Numbered from the stretch's first letter, positions 1 through 13,357 are shown. The stretch is 64,000 nt of DNA from Octopus vulgaris (GCA_951406725.2 OX597830.1:56730001-56794000), one strand, 5' to 3'. Numbers and translations: made by a program. Notes: generated by a model from the letters alone, not told the origin.

Positions 1-84
1 TAAGTACCAGTCAAGTACTAGGGTTGGTATGATCGATTGCCTCCTCCCCACAAAAATCCAGGCCTTGTGCCTATAGTAGAAAGG

Positions 85-126
<42 letters not shown>

Positions 127-127
127 G

Positions 128-340
128 TGAGCTGGCAGAATTGTTTGCACATCGAACAAAATGCTTAGTAGGATTTCTTCCAGTTCTTTACATTCTGAGT
201 TCAAATTCCACTGAGGCTGACTTTGCCATTTCATTTGTTTAGGGCTGATAAAATAAGTGCCTGTAAAGAACTTGAGTTGATGTAATCAGCTTGACCCCCC
301 CTCCCCTCAAAATTGCTGGCCTTGTGCCAAAATCAGAAAA
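128..340 (+). mobile_element. SINE family 1 with alternative tail (GGCCTTGTGCC..AGAAA)
   Basis: Same head and core; similar copies at 1-90, 3200-3410, 10020-10560, 49452-49645, 50180-50305(-), 51600-51805(-). Confidence 0.75.
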
Positions 341-2570
341 AAAAAAGGATTTTTATTAACATTAATGAATTTTATGAAGATTGACATAACTCTTCATGAA
401 GATAAAAAGACCCAATAAGAAGAGCATTGTTCTGTCTAGAGAGGAGTGTGCTGGATGTTCTTGTTAAAATTTTGAATTTCTGCATTTCTATATATTTTTC
501 AATAATAAATCTCTGAACGAGGTATAAACAGTAGCTGCACAACAATGTGAAGTATATTTACCACTTAAATGTGGCTAACCACTAAGGGTTGATGCTACTG
601 TAGCTTGTAGCCCCAGGAGAACATCTTCTCCAGCTGGCTATTGACACACTTTCTGTGTCTTATCAGTATTTGCAAAGGGAAGCTATCCTTCCCATTGTTG
701 ACCTGACGTTATATGCACGGACCCAGGTTTCATTTGTCCTTTTATACTCACGGACACACAGACAGACATACTGTCAAAATATTGTTCAGTTCAATAAACT
801 TACTGCCTTGTGCTCTTCTTATTGTGTATTAACATTATTCATCATCATCATCATCTTCATTTAGTGTCTGTTTTCGATGCTCACATGGGTTAGATGGTTG
901 GCTAGAACTGGTAAGATTGAGAGCTGCACGAGGCTCCCTTCTGTTTTGGTTTGGTTTCTATGGCTGGATGCCCTTCCTAATGCCAACCACTCCATAGTGT
1001 CTGCTGAGTGTCTTTTATGTGTCACCAGCATGACTGCCGTTAACATGTTACCAACACAGGTGCCTTTAACATGTCACCAGCCTGGGTGCCTTTTTTTTCT
1101 GATTCCAGCACAAACCAGCAATTTTGAAGGGAGCAGGTAAGTCAATTATATCACTCAAAGGCCACGTTGACATCAACAGAATTTGAACTCTGAAAATAAA
1201 GACCTGCAAAAAATATTAATTTCTTTACTACCCGCAAGGGGCTAAACACAGAGGGGACAAACAAGGACAGACAAACGGATTAAGTCGATTACATCGACCC
1301 AGTGTGTAACTGGTACTTAATTTATCGACCCCGAAAGGCAAAGTTGACTTCGGTGGAATTTGAACTCAGAACGTAACGGCAGACGAAATATGGCTACGCA
1401 TTTCGACCTGGAAGAAATATTGCTAAGAATTTACTGTAGCACAGTCGTGATTCTACCAGCTTGTTGCCTTCTTATTAATAATGATAATATTATTAACATT
1501 TTTTTTATTATCATTATTTTATTTGATATGTTTATTTATTTAGTTTTTGGTTTCGGCATCTACAGGCATGGTTCAAGTACTTTGCATGCTTTTTCTAGCA
1601 TTTTGTCAAATTTTTTCTATAAATATGTGTACATGCATGTGTGTTTGTGCGAGTATCTATGTATGTTAACATATTCAAATATATGTGTATGTATGTGTGT
1701 ATATGAAAATGTTTTATTTTAATATTTTCTACATGTATTGAAAACACAACTGCCTTTCTTTCTTTCTTGAACTTTTTAATCAAGTTATTTTTTTCCATAT
1801 TTTTGTAAGAATTCCTTGTAGCTATTTTTGAACCTTAAAGCTCCTTGATTCATCAGCAATGTATCATGCCATACAACACAAAAACAAAAACAAAAACAAA
1901 ATAAGAATGCCATTTGTGGACAATATGTCTATATTCTATACAGTTAGATTGGTTACTACAATTAGATTGTTAGAGGTAGGTGACACAGTTGGATGGGAGG
2001 GGTTGATAGGATTGGTTAGAGTGAAGCAGGGTGGCAAGATTGGTTTAAGTAGGAGCAGCATTAGTTTTGGGGTAAGGTGGCAGGGTTATTTATAGGGCTG
2101 TGGATTGATTGAGCATCAAATAAAATGTATAGAGGTATTTAGTTACATCCTTATATTGATGTATTTCATTGACCCTGGGTTCCCCATATTTTATAACAAT
2201 ACAGAATATATATATATGTATGTATACTAACTATATGCTTCTTCAGATGTCAGAAATATAACCTCTCTCATCGCATTTAATACCATCAATCAAACGCTGA
2301 GTATGTCAGTCCTCAAGGGCTATTCACTACTCTTAATCAGCCTTTCATCTGTTGCTGACATTTATTCTGGGTGCCTGGGCCTTCATGTTCTCACATTAGC
2401 AGGTGAGAAATGTGATCAACAGTTAAAACCTTATGTACATTATTTACATTTGACGGATATTTGTCCTCATCTTGTTTGTTGTTAACACAATGTTTCGGCT
2501 GATATACCCTCCAAACCTTCTTTTCGAACCTGGGTTCTCATTCCTAAGGTATTTTTCAATGTTGTTGTTG

Positions 2571-2605
<35 letters not shown>

Positions 2606-3673
2606 GTTATTATTGTTGTTGTTCAGATCACTGCTTGGAATCGAACTTGGAATCTTGGGGTTAGTAGCCCGCGCTCTTAGCCACAACGCCATATGCCTGT
2701 GGACATAAATATAGAACTGAGTTAAAACTTTGTTCTAGAGTGAAGTAGCTCTCGCTTTTTCCAAATATGCAAGATGTATCATCAAAAGTCTTGTGTCACC
2801 CTGACAGTTATTATTGAGTGAGAGAGCAATGCATGTCATCAAAGTGAAGCTGGGGTACAAATATATTAAGCCCATTATACCCATCATGACTACCCATCTG
2901 ATAAGGGTACAACAGGCACATGCATCACAACCATATGATCTCAAATCAAGGTAAACTGCACATGATCTTGCAGATGGGGCCCAGTTAAAATTTTCCTTGG
3001 GTTGAGTAGCCCATCCTACTCAAAAAATCCTTGTGTAAGATTTGTTTAAGGATGTTGAATGAAACACCAATATTTCCAGAGGTGAATTATTCAAACCCCA
3101 AAGAATTCCTCTCAACACATGGCTATGATGCTCCCCCACTACTTCTGCACATGATCAGAGATGCACATATCATCAGCCACCAAGCGACATTAAGTTGACA
3201 AACTGGCAGAATTGTTCCCACACTGGACAAAATGCCTGGTGGCATTTCTTTTAATTTTTATGTCCGAATGCTCTTGAGGTCAGCTTTGCCTTTCATCTTC
3301 TCAGGGTTGATAAAATAAGTACCAGTTGAGCACTGGGGTTGATGTAATTAATTAGCCCCCCCCCTTCTCCCAAAATTTCTGTCCTTGTACCTATAGTAGA
3401 AAGGATTATCCTTATTAATATTGTTTTAATTGCAGGGTATTTTGAATTTTTACTTTTATATAATTTTATTTGCTTTTCTGGTGGAAAATACTAATTGCTT
3501 TTTAGAGACAACTAGTGTCATAATCTGAGGTGCCTGGCTTAGTAGATGTTTAGATTTGATAATGATGATAATTATAGTGCTACTAATCTACCATACATAC
3601 CATACATGTGTGTGTATTATGTGTGTATATATATATATAGATAAATATAAATACACTCACATACATACACCAC

Positions 3674-3787
<114 letters not shown>

Positions 3788-4697
3788 CGTCCAACCCATG
3801 CTAGCATGGAAAACGGATGTTAAATGATGATGATGATATAAAACTTTAATATTTCTTTTTCTTTTATTTACTAACTGACATTATAACTTTGTGTGCCTTA
3901 CAGTAGATAGACAATAGACCATGTTTAGAAGTTAACCATTTAAAACTAGCAAAGCAGGTTCAATCCCACTCTGCATACTGTAGGGGACCATAGGGACACA
4001 CTGTCCATCTAGCTGTAAATAGATATCACTACAGTGTACACTTCACCTTGCTGTAAATAACTTCAATATCATGAAAATATGTAATCCACTTAACTGCAAA
4101 TAGGTACCACGAGAAAGTGCTGTCCACCTGGTCATAAATAGGTTTCATGTGTTGATATAGTTTACCTGGAAGTAAATTAGTACTACATAGAGTTAACTTA
4201 CTGTTGTAAGCATCTGTAACAATGGCATTATCTAATGGATATTACATTACTCACCTACTGTGCTAGGTTCAAATCCAGTCATGGCTATATAACCCAAGGA
4301 CACTTTGGAGTGAAGTATAGTTTGCTGCTCTAAAAACTCCTGGATAGCTTCATCATTAAGTAGATTTTATCTCTCTTTCATGTGATAAATAAAGGTAGAG
4401 AAGATGTTAGTACACATTGATATTTATATGATTTTTTTCCATTTTGTCAGCAATAGTTGGGATTGAACCTGGCCTTCTTTTTTAATGTTTTTAACTTGAT
4501 TGTGGTTGCTTTACTAATTCAAGATATAATCTTAACCATATAATTTTGATTGTGTTCTAGTTAGGTTCGGAATGAAATATTTTATAACCGCAAGTCAACT
4601 GTTTATTGACAGCATTTATATCACTGTGTCATAGCACACTGATGTAAAAATCACTTCATGTTATATCCCTGTCATATCACATCATATCATATCTTAC

Positions 4698-5366
4698 TTA
4701 ACTCTTTTGACACCAAACCACCCAAGATTGTCTCTGCTACTATGATAAAAACTTCCTGCCTTAAAATTATCTAAATTAACACTTTTCATCAAAATTTCAT
4801 TTTAAATTCTATTCCAAATGCTGGCTTAATAATGACAGTTATTTCATTGAATTCTTCATTATTTTTCAAAGTTAATTGAAATGGCACTTAAAAGCACCAT
4901 TTGAGTGTGATCTTTACCTGCGTCGCCTTACTGGCACTCGAGCCCCATGCTAGTAGGGTATTAAGAGCACCATCCAAGCGTGATTGTTGTCAGAGTGGCT
5001 ATCTGGCCTCCATGCTGGTGGCACGTAAAAGACACCATTCGAGTGTGATCGTTACCAGCATCGCCTTATTGGCACCTGTGCCGGTGGCATGTGTAAAAGA
5101 TTCGAGCAAGGTTGTTGCCAGTACTGCCTGACTGGCCCCCGTGCTGGTGGCATGTAAAAGCACCCACTACACTCTCGGAGTGGTTGGCGTTAGGAAGGGC
5201 ATCCAGCTGTAGAAACTCTGCCAGATCAAGATTGAAGCCTGGTGCAGCCATCTGGTTCGCCAACCCTCAGTCATTCATCCAACCCATGCTAGCATGGAAA
5301 GCCGACGTTAAACGATGATGATGAAGACATTGTGTTTCAGCAGAAATATGATAACACAAGGGTTAA
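4698..5366. mobile_element. piggyBac-like MITE interrupted by an (ATG)n-tailed SINE (~4885-5325)
   Basis: TTAActcttttgacacca ... tgataacacaagggTTAA; nested SINE ending GACGTTAAACGATGATGATG. Confidence 0.6.
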
Positions 5367-5606
5367 GTGCTTTGTTCCCTATGGAGCATAAACCTTTGGC
5401 AACATTCCTCCATTGTTCTCAACTCCGGGTTATCTTCCTTGAGCAAGACTTTCCTCTCCCAGGTCTTGGTTTTGAAATGTCATCGATGCTTCTGTAATTT
5501 TGTTTTTTTATAGATAAGGGTGTTGGCCCTACGCAAATCCATTTTTGCCTCTGGGAAGAAGTGGTCCATATTAGTCTGGTTTTATCCCTTGTAAAGAGGT
5601 GCATGT

Positions 5607-5950
5607 GAAGATGCATGGCTCAGTGGTTAGAGCATTGGGCTCACACTCATGAGATAGTGAGTTCAGTTCCTAGACCAGGTTGTGTGTTGTGTTTTTGAGC
5701 AAGACATTATATTTCACGTTGCTCCAGTTAACTCAGCTGTAGAAATGAGTTGTGATGTCACTGGTGCCAAGCTGTATCGGATCCTTTGCCTTTCCCTTGG
5801 ATAACATCAGTGGGATGAAGAGGGGAGGCTGGTATGCATGGATGACTGCTAGTCTCCCATAAAACAACCTTGCCTGGACTTGTGCCTCAGAGAAGAACTT
5901 TCTAGGTGCAACTCCATGGTCCTTCATGACTGAAGGGGATCTTTGCCCTT
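5607..5950 (+). mobile_element. tRNA-derived SINE family 3
   Basis: TGGCTCAGTGGTTAGAGC A box, GAGTTCAGTTCC B box; copies at 24177-24515(+) and 30712-31022(-). Confidence 0.82.
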
Positions 5951-6332
5951 TATTCTACCCCTTGACCTGCTGAACATTGGAGGTGCTACCAAGAGCTTGC
6001 ACTCCACTGGCACATCTATCAGTCATTGAGGCACAGAAGTCACCACACCACACTCCCACAAGGGCTGAACCTTGTTGTGGCTATGTCATATCACTTTATC
6101 ATAATATCACTTCATGTCATATCACACCATATCATATATTAGTATGTTTACTGATCAGTTATTATATTGCTGTCTGTTATTAAATCATAATTCATTAGAC
6201 TGCATTCTGTGACATCGTTCTTCTCCAGCAGTTTCATTTAACATATTACTTTATTGTTTATTATTAATTGTAATTTTTTTGTGTACACGAACAGGACAGT
6301 TGACTCTACTTTACTTCAGTTCACCTAGTTGT

Positions 6333-6373
<41 letters not shown>

Positions 6374-6942
6374 TAGAAAAAAGACACCTTTTATCAATTC
6401 AAAATGAACAATTAAATTACACCATCTAGAAAATTATACCAAATATATATGTGTTTTTATTATTATTTTGCAATTTACTTAATCTGGTTTTTATCCCTTG
6501 TAAAGCGGTGCATGTGAAGGTGCATGGCTCAGTGGTTAGAGCATTGGGTATCTATAGTCCTGGGCCGACCAGTATGAGTGAATTTGGTTGATTAATACTG
6601 TGTGGAAGTCTGTCATATACACACATATAAAATTAGTCAAATGGCGATGTTGAAGAGAATTTCTTAATATATTGTCTTTCAGACAAGTTAGTAATTTCAG
6701 AGATTGCTTGTTTTATCAAATACATGTTTCTGTAGAATTTTTTCTGCTACAAACAAAAAGACTTAAATGAGAAAGCCTTTGTTTCATCTAAATTCAAGGT
6801 CATCAATACGGCTATATTATTGCAAAAATATCTGCAGCTATTGATTCTTGAGGTGTCACTGAAATGGCACAAACCAAATTAGACTCATCAGAATTATGTA
6901 TGAATGTTATTTGCTGTAAGAACTTTAATTATCAAGAATTTT

Positions 6943-7370
6943 GGATCTTTTCGGTTTGACCGGCAGTTTTTTAAAATAATTTCCACGTAACTAAACACTT
7001 TTAAACTTCGTATACTGGTAGAATGTGTTTATAAGACATCTTTTTCTCTTGGCTTTATTGAGAAAATTCTATAGTTTGTAAGATATTTGTTGTTTTTTTC
7101 TTCAATTTCTGCAATTTCAACCAATCAATGATATCTATTGAGGTGAAAACATTCTGTGCTGTATGAATATGTCCCTTGTTTAAGAAACAGATTGGGTTTA
7201 TTTACATTTCTGAAGAAAAAAAGATACCCTTCCCCCCACCCCTAACCCTAACTCTAACCCGAACCCTAAAACAGATTGAAATGCAATAGATTGATACTAG
7301 GGTCATAATTATGGGTGACAATTTCATATGACACCGCTAGAAAAAACTGCCAGTCAAACCGAAAAGATCC
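6943..7370. mobile_element. MITE with ~29-bp TIRs and 8-bp TSD; internal CCCTAA tract
   Basis: GGATCTTTTCGGTTTGA...TCAAACCGAAAAGATCC; flanks AGAATTTT/AGAATTTG; second copy at 16906-17326. Confidence 0.92.
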
Positions 7371-7543
7371 AGAATTTGTACTCATTTTGGATTGGGTGTG
7401 TTTACATGTTTACATTTACATATTACGAGCAAAATGAATCACTAGCTTGAATTAGCTGGCCAAGGAAGTAAGATGAATCGAAAAAAGAATAAAAGAAAGA
7501 AAAAGCAGAAAAGAGATTTTCTGTTTTCAGGTGTTATAATAAA

Positions 7544-7912
7544 CTAGCACTATGACATGGCAACGCTGGGTCATAGTGCTAGTACATGTGTGTGCGCACA
7601 TACACGCGAGTACTGTCCAAATCTCCGCTCAATCACATACAGCTAGCTGGCATTCAATTGGCGTATCAAGTTTTGGGCATTTTGATTGGGTTTTGGATAG
7701 AAAATTCACAAAAAAGTCACTTCTATTGATTTTTTTAATGGCTTTGCAGGGTGACTGGGGAAATGTAAAGATGTGCACGACCACCCTTGGACGGTTTTGA
7801 ATAACCGTAGAAAGTGCGAGCCCTCTAACTGAAAAATTGTGGATTTGTATAAAGGACATGCACACACACATACACACACAGACAGACATTTTGCCGTTTA
7901 TATATAGAAAGA
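7544..7912 (-). mobile_element. Non-autonomous Helitron-like element
   Basis: 5' TC..TATATATAAAC..TGTCTGTC; 3' long hairpin ACTAGCACTATGAC..GTCATAGTGCTAG|T. Confidence 0.75.
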
Positions 7913-8110
7913 TTATTAGCTTGTTAAGTTTCTATATCATCAAAAGGATTTTATAGCTATGTTCTTCAATAATGTTTTCTTGTTTTTTAAGTATACTTAT
8001 TCCACCAGCTACACATTATATATGTTTATGAATTGAAAATAATGCTGCAAAGTAAACTATTATTGCTTGCTTTTCATTTCTCCTCATTACACTTGTTGTT
8101 TATATTGCAG

Positions 8111-8218
8111 GGTTACCATTCCATTCGATGTGAATCTGACAGTAAAAGGTATCACTTTGCAGTGTCTGGTAAAGCCTTTTCTGTGCTGAAGACGTACTTC
8201 CCCCAGTTACTAAACCAG
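8111..8218 (+). CDS. ATP13A3: P5B-type ATPase (ATP13A3-like), first exon identified in window
   Basis: ttgcAG|...|GTaaaa, 108 nt, phase 0/0; GYHSIRCESDSKRYHFAVSGKAFSVLKTYFPQLLNQ resembles the P5B 'YHFAxxGKxFxV' segment. Upstream exons not identified. Symbol indicates family; exact paralog uncertain. Confidence 0.88.
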
Positions 8219-8486
8219 GTAAAATAATCATATTTATCAATTTTGAACTTGGTACCCTTGACTGACTATGTGGCTCATGATATTTCAGTGGTTCTGTTGA
8301 TACATATATTGAGTACTGAGTTCCTGGCATCTGTCTGAGAGGTCAGCTCTTCTTGTCTTATCATAAATGACCATCTGACTGATTGATAAATCTTCAATTA
8401 CAAACATCTCACAGCCACTGAATTGCAGGCCTACAAACCTATCATTCAAACCTTTACTCGCTAGTCCACCGCTTTGTGTGTGAAAA

Positions 8487-8715
8487 GGTGGCGAGCTGGC
8501 AGAAACGTTAGCATGCCGGGCGAAATGCATAACCGTATTTCGTCTGCTGTTATGTTCTGAGTTCAAATTCCACCGAGGTCGACTTTGCCTTTCATCCTTT
8601 TGGGGTCGATAAATTAAGTACCAGTTACGCACTGGGGTCAATGTAATTGATTTAATCCATTTGTCTGTCCTTGTTTGTCCCCTCTATTTTTGGCCCCCTG
8701 TGGGTAATAAAGAAA
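8487..8715 (+). mobile_element. tRNA-derived SINE family 1 (tail type GCCCCYTGTGGGTAATAAAGAAA)
   Basis: GGCGAGCTGGCAGAA A-box-like head, GAGTTCAAATTCC B box; other copies at 1220-1404(-), 56103-56332(-), 60801-61030(+). Confidence 0.85.
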
Positions 8716-9036
8716 CAGAAGCCACTGCCTGATGCCTTCACTCACAAAGATGATATAATCTTTGGCACATAGACATAGTGTCTTTACTCAGATCTTCACT
8801 TGCCAACCTGCTATGCTCACTACTTCACAGATGCACAAACTTTCTCACCAACTTGCTACAGCTATTAGATCACAGCTACACTGTCTCCTCATACCGGACG
8901 GAGAGGGTGACAATTGAAAGAGGATATTGTGTCTGTGATTCAATGGTTGTGTTATGTTGGTGAGTGAAGTTTGATGACTGGGTACTTGTGAACCAGTTGT
9001 TGTGGTTGGTTGGTAAATGATGATGATGATGATGAC

Positions 9037-9076
<40 letters not shown>

Positions 9077-9224
9077 TGTGTGTGTGTGTGCATGCGCATG
9101 CATGTGTGTGTATGTGCATGTGTGAGTGAGTGTGTGTGTGTGTGTGTGCATGTGTGAGTGTGTGTGTGTGTATAATTGGTGTACCTATACTGTGATCAAT
9201 TCCAATTTGAATTTCTCTCTGAAG

Positions 9225-9304
9225 GTCTGCGAAAGAGGAACAATATTTGCCAGAATGTCTCCGGATCAAAAGGCTCAATTAGTGGAGAAATTTCAAGAAC
9301 TGGA
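9225..9304 (+). CDS. ATP13A3: P5B ATPase exon (P-domain, FARMSPDQK)
   Basis: ctgaAG|VCERGTIFARMSPDQKAQLVEKFQEL|GTgagt; 80 nt, phase 0/2; P5 ATPase motif. Confidence 0.96.
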
Positions 9305-9370
9305 GTGAGTTTCTGTTAAATTCCTTTGTAAATGGTCTTGAATGTTTCTCAACCCCTTCTCTTACTTTCT

Positions 9371-9602
9371 TTAACTCTTTTGATACCAACCCCACTGACA
9401 CCACCCCCTCCTACCATGATATAAATTTCTTGTTTTAATGCAATTTAAATTAAAAAGATCTGTCAAAATTTCATGTTTATTTATGTTTCAAACACCAGTT
9501 TAATAATGACAATTGTTTTAGTAGTAAATTCTTCTTTATTTTGAAAAGTAATTGATAAAATATCAGTGTATTTTGACAGAAATATGGTAACAAAAAGGTT
9601 AA
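9371..9602. mobile_element. piggyBac-like MITE (TTAA-flanked)
   Basis: TTAActcttttgatacca ... tggtaacaaaaaggTTAA; related copy at 4698-5366 is interrupted by a SINE. Confidence 0.65.
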
Positions 9603-10706
9603 TAATGATGACAGTTATTTCATTAAATACTTCATTATTTAAAAATTTAAATTGTAAATATGTGCATTGTTTTCTCATAATTTCTGTTTCAAATTTTAAA
9701 GATTTATCATAATTGTATTATACTATTATACTAACCCTAACCCTAATTGCTTTAATCCTACATGTAAGACATGTCATAAGTTAGATATTTAAGTACTGCA
9801 AAGTTGACAATTTTAAAATCTGGTCATATTTAGTTACGACCATTTGTGGTCATAACATGACAAAACCCTTCGAACATCATAGAAATACATAATGTGTTTC
9901 TGTTAAGATATGAAACTTGATGTGGGGATTTATTGCTTCACTATTCTGACTGTAACACCATTTTTCTTCGTTGTTTATTTAGCAACACCTGTCAGGTGTC
10001 ATCACATTTGTTTTCTAAGTTCAAACTCTACTTAGGTTGGCTTTGCCTTTCAGCCTTCGTGGGTCGATAAAATAAAACAACTGTCAAGTACTGGGCTTAA
10101 TTTTTTCTTAACTGTTTTCCCGCCCTCCCCAATTTCTGGCCTTGTGCCTATTTTAGAAATTATTATTCTAAGGCAGTGAATTGGCAGAATTGTTAGCATG
10201 TCAGACAAAATGCTTAACAGCATTTCTTCTGGCACTTCATGTTCTGAGTTCAAATCCTACCGAGGTCAACTTTGCTTTTCAGCCTTTTGTAGTTGATAAA
10301 ATAGAATACCAATTGTGTACTAGGACCAATGTAATTGACTGTCCCCTCCTCATAAAACTACTGATTTTATGCCAAAATTTAAAAGGCAGCAAGCTTTCAG
10401 AATTGATAGCTTTTTCGGACAAACTACTAAGCAGCATTTTTCCAGCTGTACATTCTGAGTTCAAATGCCATCAAGGATGACAACTTTTCCTTTTATCCTT
10501 TTGGAGTTGATACAGTAAGTACCAGTTAAGCACTGGAGTCAATATAATTCACTCACTCCCTTCTCCCAAGGATAATAATAATAATTATTATTATTAGACT
10601 AATACTTATGTTAATGCCTATAGCATTACTATTATTAATAGCAGCAATAAGCTACATGATGGTGCTCATGCTTATTTAAATATTTTCATTGATATTCCTC
10701 CTATAG

Positions 10707-10749
10707 GTATGGAACTGGTTTCTGTGGTGATGGTGCTAATGATTGTGAG
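10707..10749 (+). CDS. ATP13A3: P5B ATPase exon (GDGAND hinge motif)
   Basis: ctatAG|(E)YGTGFCGDGANDCE|GTaagt; 43 nt, phase 2/0. Confidence 0.97.
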
Positions 10750-11534
10750 GTAAGTCTTGAACATTCTACATTTTATTTTTAACAGGAATCCAATAGAAAG
10801 ATGGAATAAAAATGTTAATTAACCATTGTTACTAATATCAATTAATTCAGTCTAGTCAAACAAGAATTAATATTCAACACCATCTCACCCTCACTCCAGT
10901 GGTCATGTCTGAAAATCTCAGGAATGGTATCAACATTATCATTTAACATCCACTTTTCCCAGATTGTTAAGGCTAGATGGTCGAGACTGATTTTCTGCAG
11001 TCAGATGCCCACCCTGTTGCCAACCCTCACCTGTTTCCAATCAATGTAATATTTTCCTGTGGCTAGATATGTTTTTTATAGAAGACTGGAAACGAACAGC
11101 CTTGCTTGTTTGAGGATAATGATGATGACGATGATGATGCTCATTTACAACCATTATGTGATGTCGATCCTGCCTGACTTAATCTCTCCCCACCTCTTGG
11201 ATGCTTGTCTCCTTCCCTAGCTTTTTCTCATACCTTTGCCACATCCCCTGGACCACTTTACCACCACTCAAGCCAGATTACCACTGGAACTTTGTACTTC
11301 TCGGAATCTAACAGCATGGATATCACTGTTCACTGTTGCTAATTTGAACCCACACACAGAATGGCCTTCTTTCAGTTTCTGTCTGCCAAATTCACTCACA
11401 AAGCTTTAGTTGCTCCAAGTCTATAGTAGAAAGCACTTGCCCAAGGTGCCACAAAATAGGACTGAACCCAAGACCACATGGTTGGGAAGCAAGCTTCTTA
11501 ACCACACAGCCATGTCTACATTTCACCATCATCA

Positions 11535-11935
11535 TCCTTCGGCCAACCTATGGTTGGTCAGAACTCCATTGACAGTCCCTTTCCATATTACACATTCCTG
11601 CATTGCTGTGTTCAGATCTCTAATATCCAGCCCTGAGTCCTGAGATATAACATCTGGAAATGTCAGTTTCCTGGAGAAAACACTTCCAGAGGGATGCCAT
11701 AGGAGCAGGAATGAGATAACCTCTTTCTCTGCTCGATGACAGTGGCCAGCAAATTGTAGCCATTTCTGGTTTAGCTTGAAGGATATTGATATCAGTTACT
11801 AAGTGTTGGGTGTGATCTCCAACTGATGTTCTGTATCTTTCTGAGCAGGTTGGTATATGTTCCATCTAGTTGTTTTTCTAAAAGAGCCGATAATGTCCAG
11901 GTCTCTAATCCATAGAGAAGGGACTGGCTCGCTCA
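11535..11935 (-). mobile_element. RTE-like LINE 3' fragment
   Basis: Minus strand LQFAGHCHRAEKEVISFLLLW..KLTFPDV..DLNTAMQ..W, followed by an (ATG)n-like tail. Confidence 0.7.
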
Positions 11936-12106
11936 GTGTTCTAAATATTTATGTTTACCTTTACTATCATCATTATTGATAGGACTGACAATAGAGTCTC
12001 ACTGACTTAAGTGTTGTTGTTGTTGTTGTTGTTGTCATAGCTGTTCTTGTTGCCTTCTGCCCCTGTTAGAAGCCGTTGTAATCCATCTGTTGCCCTTTAT
12101 TTGCAG

Positions 12107-12216
12107 GCATTAAAGGCTGCCCATGCTGGTATCTCTCTGTCAGAGACTGAAGCTTCAGTAGCTGCTCCTTTCACTTCCAAAAACCAAAACATTGAATGTG
12201 TTGTATCTGTGATAAA
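12107..12216 (+). CDS. ATP13A3: P5B ATPase exon
   Basis: ttgcAG|[36 protein letters not shown]|GTaagt; 110 nt, phase 0/2. Confidence 0.97.
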
Positions 12217-12592
12217 GTAAGTTATTTTGTTGTTCATTGTTATTTTGAAGTTTAAGGGGCTGAAACCTTTAGACCTCTGGTGTTGTTATTATGACGGGGC
12301 TGAATATTAGTTCTTGTGTCTAGGACACTGTCTCTGTGAAAAGGCATTTAGTGAAGAGTGATGGAAAGCGCACGTTAAACGATGAATAATAATAATAATA
12401 ACAATAATAATGATGATGATGATGATGAGAATACAGGATTGCACTTATTTTTCCATTGAGACTCACATTGTCAACCTGAAGAAAAATCTAATCCTGTATT
12501 CTCAAAGAAAGATTCTTGAGATTTGAGGAGACTTGTTACCAAACCCCAAGACTAACTAACCTAGCATGTCATAATGATGATGATGATGATGA

Positions 12593-13076
12593 CAGCACTG
12601 CTTGACTGGCATCCGTGCTAGTGGAGCGCTAAGAGCACCATCCAAGCGTGATCGTTGCCAGGGCCGCTGACTGGCTCCTGTGCCGGTGGTATGTAAGAAG
12701 CACCATTCGAGTGCGATCGTTACCAGCGTCACCTTACTGGCACTTCTGCCGGTTTCACGTGAAAGATAACATTGAGCGAGGTCATTGCCAGTGCCGCTGG
12801 ACTGGCTCCTGTGCAGGTGGCACGTAAAAAACACCTTTTGATCGTGGCCGTTGCCAGTACTGCCTGACTGGCCCTTGTGCAGGTGGTACATAAAAGCACC
12901 CACTACACTCTCGGAGTGGTTGGCGTTAGGAAGGGCATCCAGCTGTAGAAACTCTGCCAGATCAGATTTGAGCTTGGTGCAGCCATCTGGTTCACCAGTC
13001 CTCAATCAAGCCATCCCACCAATGCTAGCATGGAAAGCAGACATTAAACGATGATGATGATGATGATGATGATGAT
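12593..13076 (+). mobile_element. SINE-like family 2 with internal subrepeats and (ATG)n tail
   Basis: CACCCACTACACTCTCGGAGTGGTTGGCGTTAGGAAGGGCATCCAGCTGTAGAAA core; copies at 840-1085(-), 4885-5325, 17958-18135(-), 18435-18735, 23315-23626, 59545-59706. Confidence 0.8.
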
Positions 13077-13260
13077 TTCCTCCATCTTTACATTCTGAGC
13101 TCATATTCTACTGATGTTGACATTGCCTTTCATCATTTGATTTTGATTAAATAAATATCAGGTTGATGTAATCAGCTTCTCCCCCTCCCCTCAAAAACCT
13201 ACTGGCCCTTTACCAGAATTTGAAACCTTTATGATCACCATAACATCTATGTCATTCCAG

Positions 13261-13357
13261 GGAAGGTCGAGCTGCTTTAGTCACCTCTTTTGGTTGTTTC
13301 AAATACATGGCCCTCTACAGCATCATCCAGTTTGTATCAGTGCTCATCCTTTATACT
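13261..13357 (+). CDS. ATP13A3: P5B ATPase exon (TM5)
   Basis: ttccAG|(K)[32 protein letters not shown]|GTgagt; 97 nt, phase 2/0; P5B-diagnostic FKYMALYS. Confidence 0.97.

Noticed and set aside
2247-2300. Possible upstream ATPase exon (cttcAG...GTatgt)
   Set aside because: The only open frame is phase 1/1, which does not join the phase-0 exon at 8111, and there is no recognisable motif.
4004-4180. About five ~21-bp repeats (YCACYTRGCTGTAAATAG-like) with dissimilar ~18-22 bp spacers, CRISPR-like in appearance
   Set aside because: Repeats are highly degenerate, there are no cas genes and the context is eukaryotic; a decayed ~40-bp minisatellite is more likely.
5610-5680. tRNA-like sequence (also the other SINE heads)
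   Set aside because: A/B boxes continue into SINE bodies; no intact cloverleaf, so not tRNA genes.
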